Assembly (NCBI RefSeq): GCF_001194135.2
Contig: NC_068983.1
Coordinates: 120,755,899 to 120,793,315 of the forward strand
Reading direction: 5' to 3'
Source of the DNA: Octopus bimaculoides
Lineage: Eukaryota
Length of the DNA stretch: 37,417 bases
Position 1 is the stretch's first letter. Every line of letters starts with the position of its first letter. This document shows positions 10,360 to 20,537 of this stretch, in pieces. The notes beneath the pieces are model-generated. The model had not been told where the DNA came from. It did not search any database and worked only from the letters and a program-made list of their open reading frames with translations. A program made the translations under genes and the position numbers.

Positions 10360-11300
10360 CGGGCTCATTATGCTTCCTTCCGATCACAAACTGGTCGCTA
10401 AGATAAAAAGCATTTTAATCTCTTCTACCAAAGTACTTTCATGGTGTTCATAACCCTCTCTTGTATTGAGGTTTTTTCGCATAGGTATTGCTGGTCCATG
10501 AATAACAAGATTAAGAAATAGGCTTTTAAGGTTTATTTCTGAAATTCTTTGTCACAGTTCTCAAAGCTCCAGTGATAATATATAGAATTATGTCATTGTT
10601 AACTTTATTCTAGCATTTGAGAATTCGTATTTCAAATCATATAATATTCTACATTTTTGTTGCCTTTTCTGGATTCTCGTATGAAATGGATTACCAACCT
10701 AAAGAAATCGTTATTATCAATGATCACAATATCCGTTTTGTAGAAATTTTAACATGTTTTGTATTTATTTTAAACTAACTTTGAGTATGCTTATATAATG
10801 AGAATTATAATCTCATTTACTTCGTAGAATATTCTATTGTTTTAGAGCTTTTCTGTTCATCAGTATTAATTGTTTCTGGTGTCTCGTGTCTTCTGCATTT
10901 GTCTCTTTTCAGAGTTTCCACATAAGTGGAAATCAGACAAATTCTTCCTTTAATTGACCATAGTAGTACATACCACATAGAAGTACATATTCATTTACCT
11001 CTATAACTATAATTTCCTGACGATTTATAAATTCTCACAGCCAGTAAAAGTGGGAAAGGTCTAGGTCTTGCAGCGTCCCACTTTTCAATCTATTTCTATT
11101 GCTTTCGAAGTTTTTCCATCGTAAAAGTAAAATCCTTCAGTGTAATTTTAAACTTGATTTTCCCCATCTACCTAATTGTTGTGCCCGGCATTTTGTTGCC
11201 AATATTTTCTCCATAATAGTTTGCTTCCTTTAGCATCCAAACTCAAGTTATCATTTCTTTCATTTCCCCCAAGAATACTACAGCTTTGCCTTTATTCTCT
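10360..11300 (-). mobile_element. Old, internally deleted RLE-type LINE relic (may extend to ~12200)
   Basis: Collinear remnant motifs on the minus strand: WDAA..D, WSIKGRICLI (W..GR..LI), DKCRRHETPETI (zinc knuckle remnant), KTDIVIID (PD..D), YDLKYE and ITGALRTVTKN. Most of the RT domain between the second and third motifs is missing. Confidence 0.65.
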
Positions 11301-12310
11301 GGTTTTCTTTTCTGTCTCTTCCTCATTTTTCTTTTAATCACCTTTCACTTCTTTCTTTCACTTATTTTTACCTCAACTATAAGAGCCGCACTCTTTTGAT
11401 CACCTGAAAAGTTATCGTTATTCATCTCACTTTGATCTGGCGGTTCTTGCAATACTTGACTGATCTTTCTCGGATTTTCTTTAAATCTTAAGTCAGAAAG
11501 GCATTTTTCTCTACTAATATACGATACTTGTCCTACAAAGCTGTTTATTCCAAATGTTCAGCATCCTTTCTTAGAATCTTAGTTTCTTAACATTCCGTTG
11601 CTAATTCTTTGTCTTCCATTTCCTACTCTATTTTACACACAGTAGCAACAGAACAACGACCTAACCTGAGTTACTATGCTGTGGAATACTAACTGGACGT
11701 GAAACATTTACCAAAGGCTCCAGTCTCGTTCACGCCATTATGCTAAAGTTTGACATAATACGCTCACCTGATCTTTCTAACTTTGTGAAACATCAATAAC
11801 TTGTTAACCATCTTGCAAAGGTTAACTGTTTAAACTTTTTTTAAAGCTTCTAATATTTGTGAGACACCTAATTTCTCCGTTAGACAGCCAATCATTGTTA
11901 AACATCTAGCCTTTTTAAAGCAACTAATCTATGAAAGCATCTAAACGTTTGTGGGACGTCTAAACTTTTGTCTATATTCATTTCATATTGTATATTTAGC
12001 TAATAGCAAAATCTATCTTAATTCTTCGATCTTCTCTTGATCGATAAATTTCTAACATTAAAAAATGCAAAGAGTGGATCGATTCAGTCATTAACTTTTA
12101 TTCCTCCAAATTTTAGATCGATAATGGTGCTTGATAATTCATGATTTTTTTTCTTTCATATTTTGTCGTAGCAACATCCCTAGCCACCATAAAATCCGGC
12201 TGTAAGTAGGCCAACAAAAGCTACCTCAGTGTCATCTTTTTTTCACTTCTTGTGGAAGAGATATTATGAAGAAGGTTCACCTACTGACTAACCCCATGCC
12301 AGTTTGGAGT

Positions 12311-12384
12311 ATCTGGATGCTGATGATGCGAAGGTATACACTTATGCTGTGATATCTGAAACTATCCGGTGATAGTGATCAGAT
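12311..12384 (+). ncRNA. Degenerate hammerhead-like relic
   Basis: CTGATGA (12320-12326) and GAAA (12358-12361). Stem III is a perfect 6 bp (ACTATC[CGGT]GATAGT). Stem I is ATCTGGATG/ATCAGAT. The cleavage position is G and stem II is disordered. Confidence 0.35.
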
Positions 12385-12597
12385 GAGGTTGTCTTTTATA
12401 AGACACGTCATACCACAGTATGTTTCTTACGCTGCATCACAGCCTTGTATCAAGCCCAAACCAAGATTAAGTGTCTGGCATCTAGAATATCGATAAGCAT
12501 CTATAGCAGCTTTCTTACAGTTTGGTAAGCGGTTGATGTAACACCAACCTATAAATTTCCTTGAGTTTGGCGTCAATGAGAATGTCTTTTATTTGTT

Positions 12598-13012
12598 ATC
12601 TTTTACTTGATTCACTTACTGGACTGCAGCTATTCTGTGACACCGCCTTGAAAGGCTTTGTCAAACAAAGTAACCCAGTACTTACTTTTTCTTAAGTCTG
12701 GTACTTATTCTATCGATTTCTTTTGCCGAAACGCAAAGTTACAGGGATGTCAATAGACACCGCCTGTCAAGCGGTGGTAGGGGAGAAACATATTGATACA
12801 CACACACACACACACACACGCACACATACGTACGCACACACACATACGACGGGCTTCTTTCAGTTTCCGTCTACCCAATCCACTCATAAAGCTTTGTTCG
12901 GCTCGGGACTAAAGTAGAAGACAGAAGACACTCGCCCAACGTGCCACGCAGTAGGACTAAAATCGGAACCATGCGAATGGGAAGTAAGTTTCTTAGCTAC
13001 ACCTGCGCCTAT
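12598..13012 (-). mobile_element. tRNA-derived SINE family C with internal (CA)n
   Basis: The minus strand starts ATAGGCGCAGG. It contains GTAGACGGAAACTGAAAGAAGCCCGTCG, a microsatellite and a GATAGAATAAGTACCAG module. Confidence 0.85.
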
Positions 13013-13163
13013 ATGTACTCACTATTTCATGAAGGACATTCAGATAAGGGATAATGGACAAAATCTGATCTACTTATGAGGAAACATTTATAAAAAAGAA
13101 ACTGATTTAAATGAAAGTGATTTAAATAAAGTATATCAAGATGGCCACATCGTTTTAAGTGTC

Positions 13164-13211
13164 CAAATTTATTGTCGTCTGTCTCTTATAAGACAGACGA
13201 CAATAAATTTG
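13164..13211. repeat. Perfect 21-bp-stem hairpin (6-nt loop)
   Basis: CAAATTTATTGTCGTCTGTCT-CTTATA-AGACAGACGACAATAAATTTG. Confidence 0.9.
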
Positions 13212-13579
13212 AGAGAGAATAGAGCTATCATTGATTAATTTCACATTTCTCAGTATTAGACTACAAATCAACTTTTACTTGTTGAAACAGTCAGAGGTAG
13301 TGTTCATTTGCGTCACATTTTAGTATTTTAGTATTTAATTGAAAATTTCGTAGTTGTTATTTTTATTCTTTATTTTTATGCTGCGCTGTATCGCACACCA
13401 GTAGGTCTTTTGGAAGGCTCCGATAAAATTTCCTTTTTTTTTTTTCTTTTCATTAGAAGAGATAAACCGTTCTTCGTTTTTGAAGAGACGTTGTAAATGG
13501 TCTTTCAAGACACTTCTTACAGCACGAAGTAGCTACTTCTGATATAGGTTAATTGATATATATATGTGTGTGTGTGTGT

Positions 13580-13611
<32 letters not shown>

Positions 13612-14467
13612 NNNNNNNNNNNNNNNNNNNNNNNNNNNNNNNNNNNNNNNNNNNNNNNNNNNNNNNNNNNNNNNNNNNNNNNNNNNNNNNNNNNNNNNNN
13701 NNNNNNNNNNNNNNNNNNNNNNNNNNNNNNNNNNNNNNNNNNNNNNNNNNNNNNNNNNNNNNNNNNNNNNNNNNNNNNNNNNNNNNNNNNNNNNNNNNNN
13801 NNNNNNNNNNNNNNNNNNNNNNNNNNNNNNNNNNNNNNNNNNNNNNNNNNNNNNNNNNNNNNNNNNNNNNNNNNNNNNNNNNNNNNNNNNNNNNNNNNNN
13901 NNNNNNNNNNNNNNNNNNNNNNNNNNNNNNNNNNNNNNNNNNNNNNNNNNNNNNNNNNNNNNNNNNNNNNNNNNNNNNNNNNNNNNNNNNNNNNNNNNNN
14001 NNNNNNNNNNNNNNNNNNNNNNNNNNNNNNNNNNNNNNNNNNNNNNNNNNNNNNNNNNNNNNNNNNNNNNNNNNNNNNNNNNNNNNNNNNNNNNNNNNNN
14101 NNNNNNNNNNNNNNNNNNNNNNNNNNNNNNNNNNNNNNNNNNNNNNNNNNNNNNNNNNNNNNNNNNNNNNNNNNNNNNNNNNNNNNNNNNNNNNNNNNNN
14201 NNNNNNNNNNNNNNNNNNNNNNNNNNNNNNNNNNNNNNNNNNNNNNNNNNNNNNNNNNNNNNNNNNNNNNNNNNNNNNNNNNNNNNNNNNNNNNNNNNNN
14301 NNNNNNNNNNNNNNNNNNNNNNNNNNNNNNNNNNNNNNNNNNNNNNNNNNNNNNNNNNNNNNNNNNNNNNNNNNNNNNNNNNNNNNNNNNNNNNNNNNNN
14401 NNNNNNNNNNNNNNNNNNNNNNNNNNNNNNNNNNNNNNNNNNNNNNNNNNNNNNNNNNNNNNNNNNN
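13612..14467. other. Assembly gap
   Basis: Run of N after (TA)n. Confidence 0.99.
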
Positions 14468-14632
14468 AAACCGGTTATTTCTCCAAAATACAATGTTTAT
14501 ATACCAAAAAAATTTTATAACATTTTTCTGACATAATTTCAATATATACTTTAACCATGTAACACAAGCCTTCTGTAGTTTTTTCACTCTTATTATCTTT
14601 TATACATCCAACCACGTGCTTTCACATACCAA

Positions 14633-14699
<67 letters not shown>

Positions 14700-14703
<4 letters not shown>

Positions 14704-14821
14704 GCGATGGGATTCTTTCAGTTTCCGTCCATCAAATTCTCTCAGGCTTTGGGCGGCCTGAGGCTATAGTAGAAGACACTTACCCAAGATGCCGTGCAAT
14801 GGTACTGAACGCGGAACCATT
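14700..14821 (-). mobile_element. SINE family C, partial 5' half next to (CA)n(TA)n
   Basis: TTCTTTCAGTTTCCGTC...GAGGCTATAGTAGAAGACACTTACCCAAG matches 29636-29740. Confidence 0.8.
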
Positions 14822-15000
14822 CTTAAAGCTTTCATTTCATATTTCAAGCTGAAACAAATAAAAGAATAAAAGAAATATATTCAAACTGTGAATATTTCAA
14901 AAGAAAAGCAGGCTGGTTTACTCGCTCATGATCAGAAACGAGTTAACTCTCAGTACTGGAACTTGGAGTCTTTCAGTTATGATGTATTATATTTATATAT

Positions 15001-15150
15001 TAAGGTGGCGAACTGGCAGAAACGTTAGCACGCCGGGCGAAATGTTTTTCGATTCCAAAAGAATGAAAGGCAAAGCAACCTTCAGCGGGATTTGAACTGA
15101 GCACAGAGAGCTGGAAGAAACACTGCAAAGCATTCTATCTAATGCTATAA
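15001..15150. mobile_element. Rearranged family B SINE: + strand head fused to a - strand core/head
   Basis: AAGGTGGCGAACTGGCAGAAACGTTAGCACGCCGGGCGAAATG, then directly CGATTCCAAAAGAATGAAAGGCAAAG...GATTTGAACT, which is the reverse-orientation core. Confidence 0.7.
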
Positions 15151-15894
15151 AGACTCAATTTTCCGTATATGCTTTGAGGTTACATAAGGTTAGTTTGATG
15201 CAGTACTAAATAGTTGGGCTCATGAATCTAGAAATGTTTGAAACTACGAAGTGGTAAAGCCCCAATTAATTTTCCCAAGCAATACAACCCTTCTTGAATC
15301 TTTCAATGTTTCAGCAAGACAACTTGATGTAAAGTGACTGCAAACGCTTTCTCATATATTTGCTCTGTATTACACTCACTCTGACATAATACTCTCTACT
15401 ATATTTATTAGTATTTTGTATACTACTGTTTTGTTGTGTACTCGTAACTTTTCGCTACTCGCTACTCTATTACATTTCTTAACTTACGTATTTAAATCGG
15501 AACGTAGAAGGTTGAATTTGTCTTTTAATGTTTAGGAGTAAATAAATATAACCCAGTCAAGTATCAAAATAGTTTAAGTTGTCTGTTACTCCAATAAATT
15601 GTGAAACCTTGTGCCCATGCTAAACATGAATATGTTGTCAACATAAATAATTGTTAAATTTACTTATGTTCGAGCACAGCAAAAAATATTAATGTTCAAA
15701 TTGTATATAGAGAAGAACGGTTTGGATTTCTGAGTCTCTGGATAGTTAACGTTCTTATCGTTCAATTCTACTATTCTGCGGAATGTTTTCTACACATAAT
15801 GTCATAAACGATAGCGTGTCAGTCGTCAAACTAATATCAGCATACAAATTGGGTTATTGAATTAAGTAGCAGACATGTACTGAGGTCGTTTACG

Positions 15895-16100
15895 ATGAAT
15901 TATATCCTTCGGATCTTTACCCTTTGAACGGCACATCGAGAAATTAATTTTTTGTAACTAAACACTTTCAAACTTCGGACACTGGTAGAATGTGTCATAT
16001 AAAACATATTTTTCTCTTCGTGCTGTTGAGAAAAGTTTGTATTTTCAAAGTTATTTCGTGTTAAAGTTGTCGTATTTCGGTAATTTCAACCAATCAATTA
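15895..16100. mobile_element. Possible terminal region of a DNA transposon/MITE
   Basis: Remembered resemblance to sub-terminal sequences of non-autonomous DNA transposons (CAAACTTCGGACACTGGTAGAATGTGTCATATAAAAC...CAAAGTTATTTCGTGTTAAAG). No partner end was found in the window. Confidence 0.3.
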
Positions 16101-16380
16101 TGTGTATTCAGCTGAATAAAATTACTGCTGTTGTTTGTCAACAACAACTTCCGGCGGTGTATATTTCGTTTGTCACTGTTATTTATGACATATTTCATCT
16201 GAGTTACGTTTGTATGAATAAACGAGTGTATCTGAAGCATGTTTACTTCATGGCACCACCACAATCGTTCGTGCATTTCTACTGCTTTTAGTTTTTTATT
16301 TCCTGTTTTTCAGCTACTATTTTCGGAAAGACATTTTTGTCCCCTCCCCTTCCAATTTCTACATTTTTCACATTTTTCCG

Positions 16381-16550
16381 TAACTCTAACCCTAAAATCC
16401 CAACCCTAACCCTAAAACCTTAACCCTAACCCTAACCCTAAAACCCCAACCCTAACCCTAAAACCCTAACCTAACCCTAAAACCCTAACCCTAACTCTAA
16501 ACCCATATCCCTAACCCTAAAACCCTAACCCTGACTCTAAAACCCTAACT
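16381..16550. repeat. Interstitial telomere-like array of mixed TAACCC and TAAAACCC units
   Basis: Read directly. The minus strand is TTAGGG plus TTTTAGGG variants. Confidence 0.9.
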
Positions 16551-18525
16551 ATCCTTCTTCTAACTAACATATATATTCGAGACTTAGCGCTAGCGTAGAT
16601 AAATAGTTTTGTAGAGAACATTCGGTGATGAATATTTAAATTAAAAGAAAATATATTCATCCAATTCATTTTGAATTTTATTCGTATCCTTTTCTGAATG
16701 AAATCTGAATTTGTCTAAAGTTTTATTGCTAAGGTTCGCTGCCTTCTGTATTCTGTTTTTAATTAATATTGATTTAAAATCAGAGTTCTTTTCCCTGCCT
16801 TTCTTCTTCATAGTTTATCATTTGGATAATGTGTTATTTTCTCCTCAAGAGCGATATTTCATTTAATTATGACTTCTTGGTTCACAACATTAAGTTGGTT
16901 AGCGTCCACTTTAATAAGCTACGCCGGTTCAGTTTTACCACTATCTTAATAGTCAGTATTGGTATAACGTTTAAGTGTATCGGTGGTCACGCTGTTGTTA
17001 GTGGAATTCATCAACACATTCTCTAGCTATTTAGAATTGTTCCATTCCGTTTTCAATAACTTCATTTATTGATTAGACAATAATGGACAAGTTATTCATA
17101 CAACCCGTTCATTTTGTCTCATACACTCTGTTGCAAACGATTCTGAAATTTCAGCCCAAATGAGGACTCTTCTCTAACTGTTAAGTGACTTGTTTCCTTT
17201 CAGTATCTATCTAAATATAACATGTCCCACTCCACAATGTGTAATGAAGCTATTTGCGAAGGTTATTATACTCACTGATTGTCTAATATTTTGCATTAAC
17301 ATTTAGATCGATATGCTTTCTTCTTTATGAGCGAAAGCTTTATTCAATACAGAAAATTGTTTTCTTCAATGCAGATAACTGATTTCTCATTGTGCAGAAG
17401 CAGAATTACTTCTTACCTGAAGATCTCTCTTTCAATTTAGCAGAGGAAAATATTATAGAAGCTTAAGAAACTAGTGATGGTCTGCGACGGTAATATGTTT
17501 AATGCTGTCCGTAGAATAACATAAGCTCGTGTATTGTAAATAGTGGCAAGATTTGACGTTTCGCGCAAGACACAAATTCTTTTTTGATATATGATAAACT
17601 AGCAGAAATATCCAGCGTTGCCTGGATTAAAGAAAATAATGAAATTCGAAAATGCCTTTTACATCTCTAACATGACACATGGATTATGCAGTTCTCAACA
17701 GTAATTAACTGAGGTACAAACTATTAATGTCAATAACATATTTTGTCCAATGTTCTCACTGTTAAAATTGTTAAAAAAAAACAGGTAGTTCTTTGTCTTT
17801 GCAATCACCTTCAATTGTCAGTACTTATTTGAAACACATTGAACCTGAAAATGCATAGACTTGAGAAGAACCAGCCTGCAGGCACTCCTCTCCTATTAAA
17901 AAGTACATCAACTCAATGCAAAATACATTTAAATGAGCATTCATTTTAACGGCATTCCCACATGCATTCTTTTCAAGTTATTTCGATGTTACATTCGCTT
18001 GTCCTAAGCCTTATTGCACGCAAATGGAGAAAACGTTGACTGCGTATATATCGATCGCTGTACCCCAGCGTCTAACAGCTTTGGCTTTTTAATGCACAAA
18101 AAATTGAAATTATTTTTTTTCTGTGCCTCTGATTAAAATTTTTGATAAACAAACCCAGCCACATTACTTGGAAAAAAATAATCTTTATTGTGCTGGTTTT
18201 TCGTAAGATTTTGCGCATGGGAAAGGCAACAAAATCGCCCCTCCCCACTTTGAATGGGATATTCCTCTCTTAAAAGTAATAATCGATTATCTCGGTAACC
18301 ATGGGAGTTGAAGGGCAATAAAAATCTCCTTAACATGAGCGGACCATGATGCCGCTCTGTGCTGAATTTCACGCGACTCCACTGCACCGTTCTCGAGTGA
18401 ATCTGCCGACACTCAATCAATCAAGTAATCAAGAACACTGCAATTTATAGTATAGATAACTTCCTTCTTTTGGTGGAGAGAAATATTATGCATACGCACT
18501 CCTACCACTTACATATACTCCCCAC

Positions 18526-18592
<67 letters not shown>

Positions 18593-20486
18593 TGCGTGTG
18601 TGTGTTACAGAAAATAAAGCAAACTTCGAACGCGCGTGATAGATGTAAAAACAACCTAAAAAATTGGTAAATATCCCTACAAAATGAAAAAAGTTGCGGC
18701 TACAGAGAATCGAACCCTTTACCTCTCATAAAGTGTTCGATCCACTGTAGCTGCCGGCTGGCAACTTTTTTCCAACTTCCAGGGGCATTTACCCAATTTT
18801 CTAAGCTGTTTTCACAGCTATCCCGCGTTCGATGTTCATGAATCAAGTGAATCAGATACTTAAATGGCAAAGCACCGTGTCGACTGAAAGGAAAAAAAAA
18901 AGAGAAGGAAATCGTGTGTACAAAACAACGAAACCAGAAGAACAAATATCTACATACTGAAGTACAGACAGATTATTATTCCAGTTGTATATACAACTAA
19001 GCCCGACTGAATATATTATGAGTCTCAAGGCTGTATTTACGAACACACACTGCACCAATTATATTGCATTTAATAGATTCCAGATCCACCCTAATAGCTG
19101 GTTTCGAGTAAGGTGAATGATAAATAAATAATGAAAGATGGTTCATTTACTACAGCTGTTTCCAACAAGTTTAATATTCTCTGATATCTATTACACACTT
19201 TTAAATTCTTATAACAATCTTAATATCCCCACCTTACTGGTAATATATACACACATCTATGACTGTATTTAGTCTTCATTATTTTCTAAGCTTCTGTTTG
19301 TGTTTTATAATTTCATACTTATATTATTCTAATCCTTCATAAATATAATTTAGTTATGGTTTTTTATGTTTCTGTTTTATTACCTTGTTGGTTTTAACTA
19401 TTTTTTAATTACCTTTTTATTTTTCTTACAAGTTTTTTTTAGATCTTCAATATTTATCGTTTGTATTACCTTTATCCTTTTGTTTCTTATACGTTTTATA
19501 TTTGTTGTATATCTCTTTATTTATTTAATATGGAAAGCCCCTCATCATTTTATTTTACTTTATTCTCTTCCTGTTGTTAGTTATTTTGTTATTTTGTCTG
19601 TTAAGTTATTTGACCACGTATAGTTAGTACTGTTATACATTCTTCCTTCCTCCTTCTATATAAATAAACCCTTTATCTCCCTCTTTATCTACTATCTACC
19701 CCCTCTTCATCATTTAAGGTTCTTTGGGGTTTGAACTGGATCGCACAACTATTTGAAGAATAAAAGTAAAATAAAATGACCTTATCTTAGCAGTCAGGTC
19801 GTATTGCTATTCGAAAAATAAAAATAAAATAAATCAACCTTATCTCAGAAGTCGGAACCATTTTATCCATCCCTCATTATGTTTTAAGGTCTTTTGTCCA
19901 GAACTATGTCGTCCAGTCTCTTAAAGATTATAAATAAAATAAAATAACCTTAACTTTTAGAAGTTGAACTGAATATTATTATACCCTATCTTCTACTCTT
20001 CCTACTGTCATAAATGCTCTCCGCTTTCCTTCTCGTCACGGTAAAGTTGTTCCTATATTATCTATTAAGTTGAAGAAGCGAATTCATTTTTTTCACTATT
20101 ACTGGTCAGGGAATCATGAAGTGGCACAAAATGGGGATTTTTGGAATGTTTTTTTTTTTTTAATATGTAATTTGTTTATATTCACCGGATGAAAATATTT
20201 TCTTTTTTTGCATGATGTAATATCTCTATTCAGCAAAAAAACAAAAAACAAAAAAAAACAGCTATAGTGAACGAACAATTATCCATGTGTTGTTTAGTGT
20301 GTATGTGTATCAGCAAGCCCCAAGTGTAACAACAAAAGAAGTAGACTCAAAGTTGTTGGAAATAGATGACTAAATTTATTAAATGATACAGGCAAGGAAC
20401 ATACACATTCAGAACTCTGAGTTTCTCGACAGCGATTTATGCGGTATCCGCTATCATTCTTCAGCTAATGCAAGTATACTTTACAC

Positions 20487-20537
<51 letters not shown>

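Noticed and set aside
13526-13539. 14-bp palindrome GAAGTAGCTACTTC
   Set aside because: One or two palindromes of this length are expected by chance in about 33 kb.
18697-18756. tRNA-like stretch on the minus strand (GGTTCGATTC B box, GCTACAG/CTGTAGC stem)
   Set aside because: There is no complete cloverleaf or anticodon arm. At most it is a decayed SINE head.
18133-18960. 95-aa minus ORF, and a possible two-exon + strand peptide (MMPLCAEF.../IPRSMFMNQ...)
   Set aside because: The donor is weak, there are no recognisable motifs, and the lengths are within chance.
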